Virus record (IMG/VR): IMGVR_UViG_2728369130_000006
Coordinates: 43,200-107,199 of that record
Length of the DNA: 64,000 nucleotides
Strand: one strand, 5' to 3'
From: a virus
Taxonomy: Duplodnaviria; Heunggongvirae; Uroviricota; Caudoviricetes
Shown here: positions 47,190 through 57,118 of the stretch, in pieces
How positions within the stretch are numbered: the stretch's first letter is position 1
How the letters are laid out: each line of letters begins with the position of its first letter
Program-made: the position numbers and the translations under genes
Notes under the pieces: generated by a model
What the model was told of the DNA's origin: nothing
The model's database searches: none
What the model saw: the letters and a program-made list of their open reading frames with translations, nothing else

Positions 47190-47578
47190 TGTTGTTAGTT
47201 TTTGTTTCACTAACAGGCAATGTTAGAAACTTTGTTGGCAGGGTTGGAATGGATAGTCTTGAATTAGATTATTCCAACCCTTTAACAGAGGTTGATGAAG
47301 ATTATATTGTGGTAACTCCCTCATATGATGATGATTTGACAGATGTTATAAGTGAATTTATCGAATACAAAGATAACTTAAAACACTTGGTTGGGTTTGT
47401 TGGCAGTGGAAATAGGAATTTTGATGATGAGTATTGTTTTAATGCTAGAGACCTTTCAAATAAATACAATAAACCATTGATATTCAAGTTTGAATTTAGT
47501 GGTACAGAAAAAGATATAACTGATTTTAAAAAGGAAGTGCATAAATTTGGAGTCACCGAAATTAACAAAGAAAGTTAA
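47189..47578 (+). CDS. nrdI: NrdI flavodoxin-like protein
   Basis: [15 protein letters not shown]-terminal motif, 129 aa, synteny with nrdE. Confidence 0.55.
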   Translation: MLLVFVSLTGNVRNFVGRVGMDSLELDYSNPLTEVDEDYIVVTPSYDDDLTDVISEFIEYKDNLKHLVGFVGSGNRNFDDEYCFNARDLSNKYNKPLIFKFEFSGTEKDITDFKKEVHKFGVTEINKES

Positions 47579-48704
47579 AGATGATAGTTATTTTACTTTG
47601 AATAACTTATTAAACATCCCTAAAGATGGAAAGATTCAACTTGAGAAAGATAGAGAGGCCGCAAGAGCATACTTTCTAGAGCATGTAAATCCAAATACAG
47701 TGTTTTTTCATACCCTTGATGAAAAGCTTGATTACTTAGTTGAAAATAAATACATAAAAGATGACATTTTGAACAAGTATAGCAGAAAGTTTATTAAACG
47801 GTTATTTAAAAAATTGTATAATCACAAATTTAGATTCCGTAGCTTTATGGGAGCTTATAAATTTTATCAGCAATATGCAATGAAAACCAATGATAAAGAA
47901 AGATTCTTAGAAAGATTTGAAGACAGAATTGCTTTCACTGCATTAGCAATAGCTAACGGTGATGAACATTTTGCAATGGACTTGGCAGATGAAATGATTA
48001 ATCAGCGATATCAACCTGCAACACCTACATTTTTAAACATTGGTAAAGAGAGAGCGGGAGAAATGGTTTCTTGCTTCTTGCTAACTTTGTCAGATGATAT
48101 GAACAGTATTGGTCGGTCAATTAATTCAGCTTTACAACTGTCTAAACGAGGTGGAGGAGTTGGAATAAATCTATCCAACATCAGGGCAAATAATGATCCG
48201 ATTAAAGGGATTTATGGATTGGCCGATGGAGTAGTTCCTATCATGAAACTATTTGAAGATGCTTTTTCTTATGCAAATCAAGGTGGGGCAAGAGATGGAG
48301 CTGGTGTAGTCTATCTCAATATCTTCCATCCAGATGTTGTAGATTTCTTAGCAGTTCGGAAAGAAAATGCCGATGAGAAAGTTCGAATTAAAACGCTATC
48401 GCTCGGCTTGGTTGTTCCAGACAAATATTATGAACTTATCAAAAAAAATGAATATATGTATCTCTTTTCTCCACATGATGTAGAAAAAGCTTATGGCGTT
48501 CCATTCTCTTATGTTGATATCACGAAAGAGTATGAGAACATGGTCAACAACCCTGAAATTAGAAAAACTAAAATCAAGGCGCGTGAGCTTGAAACAGAGA
48601 TTAGCAACTTACAGAATGAGAGTGGATACCCATACATAATCAATATTGATACGGCTAATAATGCGAATCCTATTAACGGAAAGATTATTATGTCTAACTT
48701 GTGT
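47547..48704 (+). CDS. nrdE: ribonucleotide reductase class Ib large subunit NrdE, exon 1 (ends ...IIMSNLC)
   Basis: N-terminus matches NrdE ([21 protein letters not shown]). The frame hits TAA immediately after the conserved SNLC. The remainder of the protein resumes at 49769. Confidence 0.65.
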
Positions 48705-49768
48705 TAAACGTAGCACCTTCATACAGCAATGTATGTCGAAAACCTTGTTAAAACGGTGGAAGTCTTACTGAGATAATACCGTAGGAAGCATTAATCACAA
48801 TCAGCAGATGCCTTTAATAATTAGAGATTATTGGAGGAATCAATATAGAAGATAAATATTTTGGATTTATTTATGAGACTACCAATCTAATCAATTGAAT
48901 TAAATACATTGGAAAATGCATATTTAAGCGTCAAAATAATTGGAAGACTTATTTAGGCTCTGGAACGTATTTGAAAAGAGCAATAAAAAAATATGGAAAA
49001 GAAAATTTTAAGCGAGAAATATTATTTTTAGCATTGGATAATGAAGAGTTAAATGAATTAGAAGAATTTATCATAAAGATAAGTGATGCAGTTGAGTCTT
49101 CAAACTATTATAATTTAAAAATCACTTCTATTGGTGGAGATGTTTTTACCTACAACCCACGAAAAGAAGAAATAAGAGAGATACGAAGACAGCAATTTTC
49201 AGGAGAGGGTAATTATTGGTATGGAAGAGAAAAGCCCTCTTACATCATTCAATCTATTAAAGAGGCAAATTCAAAAAAGATAATTGCTGACGGAGTTTTA
49301 TATGACAGTATTACTGAGTGTGCAAAATTAACTGGATTAAAGATATCGACAATACATGCACGGTTAAACAGTGATACGAATGATAAATTTTTCTATGCAG
49401 ATAAGTATGGCAATACAATTCCTAAAAGACTAAGAAACAAAAAAATCAATTCAAGTAAAAGCCTGTAAAAATAAAAATTGAAGGGAAAATATTCAATTCT
49501 AAAAAAGAAGCTCGAAAAGAATTGCATATTGGTCAGGCAACTCTTGAAAAAATGATTAGTGAAGGTAGATGCAAAATTGTGGATTAATGAACCTCTAACG
49601 ACTATCGAAACCACGCAAAAGCGGAAGGGAGTAGAGTACACCACAAGCGATTGGTGGTGGAAAAGCAAGGAATCCTACAGGGATTATGATATAGTCTGCT
49701 CTGCATGGCGACATGTAGCTGTGGTTTGCCCACGCCTTAGACGTAGCGAATCTAGGGGAACATATAGG
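48705..49768 (+). other. group I intron in nrdE (about 1064 nt) carrying a degenerate homing-endonuclease ORF
   Basis: Exon 1 ends on U after SNLC. The downstream frame restores the conserved ...TEIFQ... (NLCxEI). The 3' roughly 200 nt (49560-49768) are GC-richer, look structured and end in G. Confidence 0.55.
48845..49468 (+). pseudogene. decayed GIY-YIG homing endonuclease gene (I-TevI-like) inside the intron
   Basis: KYFGFIYETTNLIN then a frameshift into IKYIGK...GSGTYLKRAIKKYG (GIY-YIG motifs). The ORF has no ATG. The C-terminal HTH repeat GVLYDSITECAKLTGLKISTIHARL is followed, after a stop, by a second repeat KIFNSKKEARKELHIGQATLEKMIS. Confidence 0.5.
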
Positions 49769-50797
49769 ACAGAAATCTTTCAAATTATGAAAGATTCAAT
49801 CATTAGAGACGATCAAACATATGAGATTCTAGGAAGTGACATTAGTTGCAATTTAGGATCAACCAATGTTGTAAAGCTCATGGAGTCACCGAACTTTGGG
49901 AAATCGGTTAGGACAATGCTACGTGCACTAACTTACGTTACTGATAATTCAAATATCGATTCTGTACCAACAGTGAAAAATGGGAATGACAGATATCATT
50001 CTGTTGGTCTTGGAGCTATGAATCTTCATGGTTATCTAGCAAAAAATCATATTGAATATGGCTCTCCAGAAGCTTTAGAGTTTACAGACATTTATTTTAT
50101 GCTATTAAACTTTTGGACTCTTGCTGAAAGTAATGATATTGCTCGAGAAAGAGGAGAGACATTTTTTGAATTTGAAAAATCAAAATATGCAGATGGAACT
50201 TATTTTGATATGTATTTAAATGCTCCTGATTTCGAATTTAAGCATGAAAAAGTTAAAAAACTATTTGAGGGAATCTTTATTCCTAAGCATCAAGATTGGA
50301 AAAGACTTAAAGAAAATATCATGAGATATGGACTTTATAATGCATATAGATTGGCAACTGCACCAACAGGCTCTATTTCATACATTAATGAAGCAACGGC
50401 CTCAATTCACCCGATTACTCAGCGAATTGAGGAGAGAACCGAAGGCAAGCGAGGTAAAGTATATTATCCAGTTCCATATCTTTCTGATGACACGATTCCT
50501 TATTATAAAACGGCCTATGATATTGATCAACGCAAGATTATTAATACATATGCAATAGCGCAAAAACATGTTGATCAAGGCATGAGCATGACTCTGTTCT
50601 TTAGAGAAGAGCTTCCAGAAGGTATGTATGAATGGAAGGCTGATAGCGAATACCCTACTAAAAAGACCACTCGTGATTTAAGCATTCTTAGAAACTATGC
50701 ATGGAAAAAAGGTATTAAATCAGTCTATTACATTAGAACATTCACTGATGATGGAGATATGATCGGAGCTAATGAATGTGAAAGTTGCTCAATTTAA
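49769..50797 (+). CDS. nrdE: NrdE exon 2 (C-terminal half, ending ...CESCSI)
   Basis: Conserved RNR large-subunit C-terminal region and redox-active C-terminal cysteines. Confidence 0.6.
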   Translation, partial: TEIFQIMKDSIIRDDQTYEILGSDISCNLGSTNVVKLMESPNFGKSVRTMLRALTYVTDNSNIDSVPTVKNGNDRYHSVGLGAMNLHGYLAKNHIEYGSPEALEFTDIYFMLLNFWTLAESNDIARERGETFFEFEKSKYADGTYFDMYLNAPDFEFKHEKVKKLFEGIFIPKHQDWKRLKENIMRYGLYNAYRLATAPTGSISYINEATASIHPITQRIEERTEGKRGKVYYPVPYLSDDTIPYYKTAYDIDQRKIINTYAIAQKHVDQGMSMTLFFREELPEGMYEWKADSEYPTKKTTRDLSILRNYAWKKGIKSVYYIRTFTDDGDMIGANECESCSI

Positions 50798-50815
50798 GGA
50801 GGAAGTGTTTTAAAG

Positions 50816-51784
50816 ATGAATAATGAAAAGGTGATAAATATCCTTAAGCCAATTAACTGGAACGCTGTTGAGGATATGTTAGATAAGAAAACTTATGAAC
50901 AACTTGCTAGTCAATTCTGGTTAGCGAATCGTATGCCTGTTGGAAAAGATAAGAAAGATTGGAGTTTGCTTTCTGAAATTGAACAAAAGCTAGTTGGCAA
51001 AGTATTTGGAGGATTAACTGGACTAGATACTTTACAATCAGAAGACGGAATTGATGCAATCAAAAAAGATGCAATCACTCAACATGAAAGAGCGGTTTAT
51101 AACAATATAGCATTTATGGAATCTGAGCATGCAAAAAGTTACTCTTCTATTTTTAGCACTTTGAATACTCCAAAAGAAATTCGTGAGATTTTTGAGTGGG
51201 CGGAAAACAATGAGTACCTACAAAAGAAAGCTTCCATTATCAGAGAGGTATATCATAATGGAAGTCCTTTGCAAAAGAAAGTTGCAAGTGTTTTTCTAGA
51301 ATCATTCTTATTTTACTCAGGATTTTACACACCTCTTTATTATATGGGGAGAGGAAAATTAATCAATGTAGCTGAGGTAATCAAGCTAATCATTCGTGAT
51401 GAATCAGCTCATGGAGCTTACATTGGATACAAGTTTAAAGTAGGATTCAATAAATTGCCTGATCAAGAAAAAGAAGAATTAAAATCTTGGGCATATAATT
51501 TACTATATACCCTTTACGAAAATGAATGTAAATACACAGAATACCTATATGACAAAATTGGATGGACTGAAGATGTCAAAGTATTTCTCAGATATAATGC
51601 GAACAAAGCTTTGATGAATTTAGGATTGTCTCCATTATTCCCTGACACTGCGGATGATGTAAATCCAATAGTCATTAATGGTCTTTCAACTACTACAACA
51701 AATCATGATTTCTTTAGTGCGGTCGGGAATGGATACCTGATGTCAGTTGTAGAAGATATGAGAGACTCTGATTACGATTATTAA
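50816..51784 (+). CDS. nrdF: ribonucleotide reductase small subunit NrdF (R2)
   Basis: Ferritin-like diiron motifs (ESEHAKSY, RDESAHGAY) and the C-terminal ...DYDY. Confidence 0.65.
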   Translation: MNNEKVINILKPINWNAVEDMLDKKTYEQLASQFWLANRMPVGKDKKDWSLLSEIEQKLVGKVFGGLTGLDTLQSEDGIDAIKKDAITQHERAVYNNIAFMESEHAKSYSSIFSTLNTPKEIREIFEWAENNEYLQKKASIIREVYHNGSPLQKKVASVFLESFLFYSGFYTPLYYMGRGKLINVAEVIKLIIRDESAHGAYIGYKFKVGFNKLPDQEKEELKSWAYNLLYTLYENECKYTEYLYDKIGWTEDVKVFLRYNANKALMNLGLSPLFPDTADDVNPIVINGLSTTTTNHDFFSAVGNGYLMSVVEDMRDSDYDY

Positions 51785-51805
51785 ACTAATTAATAATGAT
51801 AAAAT
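51777..51805 (+). promoter_or_regulatory. promoter-like copy of the conserved element (weak -35, -10 TAAAAT)
   Basis: Read directly from the sequence. Confidence 0.35.
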
Positions 51806-51826
51806 ACATTAATGAGGAGAATGAAC

Positions 51827-52570
51827 ATGGAAAAAGGGAAAAGACGCTATTACAAAGTAGGAGAAATTGTTTGGGTTATCAAAGAAAAGACAGAGGCGAA
51901 AGTCCTCTCTATCGATCCAAACTCTCTTGAGGTAAAAGTTGAAATTAAACTCGATAAGAGCGCAAAAAAAGAAAAAACATTAAAAATGTGGGAAATCGAC
52001 AAGCTGAAATATGAAGCAAAAGAAAGATTTCTAAAATCAAGAAAACAAAAAAATAAAAAGGTTACATACTTCGCATCAGTTAATGGAGGGGTAATCCCTA
52101 CAAAAGATAAAGAAAATGGTGGTAGGGATTGCTATGCAAGATTAGAACCAATTGTTCGTGAGGGGAAAGAGATTTACGAATTACATATTCCGAAATTAAC
52201 ATTAGCTAAAATCCCTTTGGGATTTGCCTCCTACCTAAATCTTGGAGATGTTTTATCCCTAAAACACGAACGCTCATCGATTGGATCAATTGGGATGGCA
52301 AATTTAAGTGGACTGATCGATGCGACATATCAAGGTGAAGTTATTTTGCAAGTAGTTCCATTGATCGCCGATGTAATCATCTCAAGTGAAGTGGACGAAC
52401 TTTTCCATGATAAAAAAACAGATACATATTTTGTACCGTATTCTAAAGCAATTGCTCAAGCTGTTGTCTTAAAGCAGTCGGATGCAGAAGATGAACATAT
52501 TTCATATGAAGAGTTGATTAAGAAACCTAGTACACGTGGAACTGGTGGTTGGGGTTCTACAGGAAAATAA
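51827..52570 (+). CDS. dut: dUTPase with an N-terminal extension
   Basis: RSSIGSIGMANLSGLIDATYQGEV matches dUTPase motif 3 (RSG...G.IDSDYRGEV). RBS GAGGAGAATG. Confidence 0.5.
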   Translation: MEKGKRRYYKVGEIVWVIKEKTEAKVLSIDPNSLEVKVEIKLDKSAKKEKTLKMWEIDKLKYEAKERFLKSRKQKNKKVTYFASVNGGVIPTKDKENGGRDCYARLEPIVREGKEIYELHIPKLTLAKIPLGFASYLNLGDVLSLKHERSSIGSIGMANLSGLIDATYQGEVILQVVPLIADVIISSEVDELFHDKKTDTYFVPYSKAIAQAVVLKQSDAEDEHISYEELIKKPSTRGTGGWGSTGK

Positions 52571-52573
52571 ATA

Positions 52574-52610
52574 AAAAAATAGAGAGTGAAATTTCACTCT
52601 CTATTTTTTA
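52574..52610. terminator. perfectly palindromic (bidirectional) rho-independent terminator
   Basis: aaaaaatagagagtgaaatttcactctctatttttt. Confidence 0.6.
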
Positions 52611-52626
52611 AAAAGGAGATAATAAT

Positions 52627-52914
52627 ATGCTATCATCTGTAACAATTTTAATTTGTGCGTCAGCCCTAGTGGTAATCATAGGAGCGTTTTCAGAGCTTAG
52701 AGTTCACTTTTATGAGAAAAGGTATATGGATATCCTTAGAGCATCTGAGGACAGGGAGGTCAATGTCGATAAATTGGCAAGGGCATCGTTACAGATGATT
52801 AAAGAACACGAATTGATTTTAGAGCAGAATAATATTCTTCGTAGTATTTTAACACAACATTTTAGTGATGAAGAAATTAAAAATATGATTAAGAAAATCG
52901 GAGAGGATAGATGA
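52627..52914 (+). CDS. small membrane protein
   Basis: RBS AAGGAGA. N-terminal transmembrane helix. Confidence 0.4.
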   Translation: MLSSVTILICASALVVIIGAFSELRVHFYEKRYMDILRASEDREVNVDKLARASLQMIKEHELILEQNNILRSILTQHFSDEEIKNMIKKIGEDR

Positions 52915-52975
52915 ACCATGAGCGATTTACACAAGGATATTGAAGAACTATTGTCAGGAAAAAGAAAAATAGAAA

Positions 52976-53004
52976 TTGACTAAACTAATTAATAATGTTA
53001 TAAT
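52976..53004 (+). promoter_or_regulatory. promoter TTGACT-AAACTAATTAATAATGT-TATAAT
   Basis: Read directly from the sequence. Confidence 0.55.
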
Positions 53005-53043
53005 AATTGTATAAGTTGATGAAATATCTAAAGGAGTTTTTAA

Positions 53044-53595
53044 ATGGCACTATTTATAATTACAGCTCCAAGTGGAGCTGGGAAGACAACGATTATGAAT
53101 GAAATTAAAAATTACACTGAAATGATCGGAGAATGTATTTCTACAACAACTAGACCTATAAGAAAAGGTGAGGTGGATGGTGAGTCGTACTATTTCCTTA
53201 CAAAAAAAGAGTTTACTTCTGCAATAAATGATGGTGAATTTGCTGAACATGTTGTCTATGGAGGTCATTACTATGGGATAACCAAGTATCAAATTGAAAC
53301 TGTTTTGAAGAAATATAACCATGCATATATAATCGCTGATTATCATGGATATGAACAATTAAAAGAAGTATATCCAGATGCAGTTGGAATCTTCCTACAC
53401 ATGAGCAAAGAGGATTGTCTAGCGAACATGCTCCTAAGAGGAGACGCCATTGAACAGTCCTTATCACGAATTGAAACTTATGAAAATGAAATGAAGAATA
53501 GAGATAAGTTTGACTATGTGGTTAAAAATGTTCGAGGGAAAGGTATGAGATTTACAGTGCAAATTATTTTAAACATTATTAATCAATACTCTTAG
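53044..53595 (+). CDS. gmk: guanylate kinase-like nucleoside monophosphate kinase
   Basis: ITAPSGAGKTT, ISTTTRPIRKGEVDGESYYF, ....GEFAEHVVYGGHYYG match the guanylate kinase signature. Confidence 0.55.
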   Translation: MALFIITAPSGAGKTTIMNEIKNYTEMIGECISTTTRPIRKGEVDGESYYFLTKKEFTSAINDGEFAEHVVYGGHYYGITKYQIETVLKKYNHAYIIADYHGYEQLKEVYPDAVGIFLHMSKEDCLANMLLRGDAIEQSLSRIETYENEMKNRDKFDYVVKNVRGKGMRFTVQIILNIINQYS

Positions 53596-53605
53596 GAGGC
53601 TTAAG

Positions 53606-53788
53606 ATGAATCAACTTAAAGATGAATTAAGAGCTTTATTTAAAAAGAAAACATACTTAGAAAAATTAATGGATCAGTCAAGTGACGTAAAGATTGAGAT
53701 TAATAGAATCTGTAATGATATACATAAGAAAAAGATTGAAATGATGGAATTAATGAAGCAGAGTATTCTTCAATCGAAAATTGTTTAA
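53606..53788 (+). CDS. hypothetical small coiled-coil protein
   Basis: RBS AGGAGG. Confidence 0.35.
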   Translation: MNQLKDELRALFKKKTYLEKLMDQSSDVKIEINRICNDIHKKKIEMMELMKQSILQSKIV

Positions 53789-54258
53789 ACAGTTGATATA
53801 ACTAGCATAAGGAGGGATATTCTTGGAAGAAGAATTAAATCGTTCAAAAGTAGAGCTTAATAAAATTGAAAAGAGATTAGAATCTGCTTTGAAAGCAATC
53901 GAATCATCTAAAGAATATATAGCTTACTTAGAAAATGAAAACAATTTACTTTATGGTCGATTAAACAATATTGTTAATTTGGCGAGTAAAGAAATAAAGT
54001 AGTTCAAATTTTAAGATAAGAGAGTTAATAAAATAAGGATTTTATGCAGGAGAAAACACATGGAAAACAGATACTTATTAAACGAAGGAGACTTGGAAAT
54101 TTTAAATTCTCTAAAAACACAGCTTGATATTCATGTGTCACAGCTTGTGGATCGCGGAGTAAGAAAAGCGAATATTGAAATTGAGATACTGTCTCACGTT
54201 AAAAAGCTTTTAAAAGAAGAAGCAATTTACGATTAGGATTTTGTAGAGGTGAAACGTT

Positions 54259-54858
54259 ATGGAAGATGAACAATATGAAACACGAGATACAATTGATGAG
54301 CCAATCATAAAAGTATATTCATATGGTTCTAGCGTTTATAATTCTCAAACTAAAAACTCAGACTCAGACTATATTGTCGTAGTGGATTCTGACGACAGGA
54401 ATCTGTATTACAGTGTGCGAGAAGAGGGAGCAGATTACACAGTTTATAGTGAAGGTAAATTTATTGAGAGGATTAAAGATCATCATATTAGTGTCATGGA
54501 GTGTATCTTTCAAAACCCAAATGATCCATACCTTAAATATTTTATGCTTGATAAAGAAAAACTTAGGCGTGAAATTTCTGCTGTATCATCTAATAGCTTT
54601 GTAAAATGCAAAAAGAAACTGGCTATTGGAGAGGACTATATTGGGAAAAAGAGCATGTTTCATTCATTAAGAATTTTGATGTTCGGTATTCAAATTGCAA
54701 AACATAGCAAAATCATTGACTATTCATGCGCCAATCATCTTTTGGACGAGATTTTAAAAATGAACTCTTGGGATGAAATTAGAGAGGTGTTTAAGCCTAT
54801 CTATAATAATTTAAAAACTGAATTTAGAGAGGTTGCACCGTTAGGAGATGATAAGTAA
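54259..54858 (+). CDS. Pol-beta-superfamily nucleotidyltransferase (pfam10127-like, paralog of the 40479 gene)
   Basis: KVYSYGSSVYNSQTKNSDSDYIVVVD. Confidence 0.45.
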   Translation: MEDEQYETRDTIDEPIIKVYSYGSSVYNSQTKNSDSDYIVVVDSDDRNLYYSVREEGADYTVYSEGKFIERIKDHHISVMECIFQNPNDPYLKYFMLDKEKLRREISAVSSNSFVKCKKKLAIGEDYIGKKSMFHSLRILMFGIQIAKHSKIIDYSCANHLLDEILKMNSWDEIREVFKPIYNNLKTEFREVAPLGDDK

Positions 54859-55132
54859 AGTGATTAATTTAATTAAAAGATTGTTTTGTAATCATGATTT
54901 CAAACTTGTGGCTACATATAAAAGAGATATTGATAAGACTGTTGGTTATGAACTGAAAGAAATTTATATCATCTATTGTCCTAAATGTAAAAAGGAAAAA
55001 GAAGTTTTGAGACATGATTATGACAGGATTTGCGAGAAACAAAAATATGATGAGGAATATAGGAATAAAAAGGAGATAAGAAAAACTCAAAAGGAGAAAA
55101 GAAGACTTGAAAGGAAAAGAAATCGATCTTGA
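54848..55132 (+). CDS. zinc-ribbon protein with a basic tail
   Basis: CNHD...CPKCKKEKE. Confidence 0.35.
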   Translation: MISKVINLIKRLFCNHDFKLVATYKRDIDKTVGYELKEIYIIYCPKCKKEKEVLRHDYDRICEKQKYDEEYRNKKEIRKTQKEKRRLERKRNRS

Positions 55133-55946
55133 CAAAATTGAGGTGTTTGACTCTCCAAGAAGAGATGATGGCGAAATTGATTGGGGATTAAAAGCGATCA
55201 ATGCTCCTAACGTGTGGAGCAAAACAAAAGGAGAAGGTGTCCGTATACTTCTTATGGATACGGGAGTAGACACAGATCATCCTGAATTATCCCATGCATT
55301 TAAATCTGGTTATAACTTTTTTGAAAGAAGCCATAACGTTGAAGATGAGAAAGGGCATGGAAGTCATGTTGCTGGATTATTGGTAGGGAAAAATACTGGA
55401 GTTGCACCAGAAGCAGAACTGCATGTTATCAAAGTTTTAAACGATAACGGCAAGGGAAATATGGCAAGCGTAATGGATGGAATTACTTATGCAATTAACT
55501 ATGGCTTTGATGTCTTATGTATGTCTTTAGGGGTTGATAGAGAACTTCCCAATATTTTTAAAGAGAGGATCGAGAGAGCTTATAATGAAGGGATTGTCAT
55601 GGTTTGTGCAACTGGCAATGATGGGAACAACGAATCATTGTATCCTGCACGCTTGGACGAAGTGATAGCTGTTGGTGGTGTTGATAAAGATAAAAAAATT
55701 ACTCCATTTACTAATAGAGGATTCGATGTTCTTGCACCTTCAACTGAAATTCTAAGCTCTTATAAAGATGGGAAATATGCAAAAATGACTGGAACTTCAA
55801 TGGCGTCACCATTAGTTGCGGGAGCAATTGCATTATTAATCTCCCACTATAAAAATAACGGAAAGCAAATAGATATTAGAGAGATTAAGAAAAAGATGGA
55901 GAGTTTAAACAATAAGATTCTTGATTTAAATGAATTTATTACTTGA
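55107..55946 (+). CDS. subtilisin-like (S8) serine protease, no signal peptide
   Basis: Catalytic triad motifs LLMDTGVDTDH (D), HGSHVAGL (H), GTSMASPLVAG (S). TTG start after AAGGAG. Overlaps the upstream ORF by 26 nt. Confidence 0.55.
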   Translation: MKGKEIDLDKIEVFDSPRRDDGEIDWGLKAINAPNVWSKTKGEGVRILLMDTGVDTDHPELSHAFKSGYNFFERSHNVEDEKGHGSHVAGLLVGKNTGVAPEAELHVIKVLNDNGKGNMASVMDGITYAINYGFDVLCMSLGVDRELPNIFKERIERAYNEGIVMVCATGNDGNNESLYPARLDEVIAVGGVDKDKKITPFTNRGFDVLAPSTEILSSYKDGKYAKMTGTSMASPLVAGAIALLISHYKNNGKQIDIREIKKKMESLNNKILDLNEFIT

Positions 55947-57118
55947 TAAGTGAGCTGATAAGATTGGAATCATTAAAAGAAATCTTATATTCAAAGTTGC
56001 CAACAATGAAAAGTGAAGAATATAAAAAATACTTAGAAGAATCGGAGAACGGGTATATCAACATCAAGAGTCATCCAGAAGATGAGAACATAAAAATATT
56101 GTGTTATACAAAACTTACTGTATATGAGAAACGATGGAATCATGAGACTATGACCGCCAGAGGTTTAATTATTGACACAACAGAACTAAGTAATAATGGA
56201 TTAATATACATATTAGCAAAACCGTTTGATAAGTTCTTTAATTATGGTGAGAATCCAGAATATGAAAAAGACATTAACTTTTCAAAAATTGAATCTGTTA
56301 TGGAAAAAATCGATGGTTCATTAGGGATTTCCTACTTCTTTAACAATGAAATTCGATTTGCTACAAAAGGCAGTTTTACATCAGATCAGGCAATTAAAGC
56401 TACCGAAATGTGGAAAGAAAAATATTCACAAAATGAAGATATTGGTCACTATTGTCGAACGCCAGTAACTTATCTTGTCGAAATTATCTACCCAGAAAAT
56501 AGAGTGGTTGTTGATTATAAAGATAGTGAACACTTAGTGTTGCTTGGTGTTATATATCTCTTCGGCTCTATTCATGATGCTAATCGTGAAAATGTCGATT
56601 GGGAAGCTTACAGATTAAATATGTCTCTTGCTAAGCAATATAAATACAAATTTGAAGAGCTGATTCAAATGAAAGATATGCTGTCAGCTAATGAAGAAGG
56701 TTGGGTGATTAGATTTTCAAATGGTAAACGTTTGAAAATTAAAGGCAATGAATACTTACAGGTGCATAGATTAATGCATGGTCTGTCTACTAAGGCTAAA
56801 TATAAAGCTTGGGCAGAAAATAGAATTGATGAATACATATTGTCATTACCAGAAGAGTTCAGGCCAGAGATTGAGGGCTTTAAAAATAAGATCGATAGAA
56901 TTTTCGAAGCTCAATCAAAACTAATCCGAATGACCTTTAATCAAATTGCAAAAACCGACAAGAAAAAAGAGTTTGCTCTATTTGTAACAGAAAATATTCC
57001 ACCAGAGTTGCAAAAATATATGTTCGCAATGTATAACACAGGAAGATTCCCAGAACGAATGCTTAAAGAAGATATTTATAAAAACTATGGTGAATACGAA
57101 AAAGAGGAGATGTGCTAA
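55943..57118 (+). CDS. Rnl1-family ATP-dependent RNA ligase (T4 RnlA-like)
   Basis: Nucleotidyltransferase motif I EKIDGSL (KxDGSL). The upstream FDKFFNYGENP region resembles T4 Rnl1. TTG start overlaps the protease stop. Confidence 0.5.
   Translation: MISELIRLESLKEILYSKLPTMKSEEYKKYLEESENGYINIKSHPEDENIKILCYTKLTVYEKRWNHETMTARGLIIDTTELSNNGLIYILAKPFDKFFNYGENPEYEKDINFSKIESVMEKIDGSLGISYFFNNEIRFATKGSFTSDQAIKATEMWKEKYSQNEDIGHYCRTPVTYLVEIIYPENRVVVDYKDSEHLVLLGVIYLFGSIHDANRENVDWEAYRLNMSLAKQYKYKFEELIQMKDMLSANEEGWVIRFSNGKRLKIKGNEYLQVHRLMHGLSTKAKYKAWAENRIDEYILSLPEEFRPEIEGFKNKIDRIFEAQSKLIRMTFNQIAKTDKKKEFALFVTENIPPELQKYMFAMYNTGRFPERMLKEDIYKNYGEYEKEEMC

Noticed and set aside
47547-50797. Intein rather than intron in nrdE
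   Set aside because: The exon 1 frame ends in a stop codon directly after SNLC. The insert contains a separate RBS-led GIY-YIG ORF in another frame and a GC-rich structured 3' end. An intein would be a continuous in-frame insertion.
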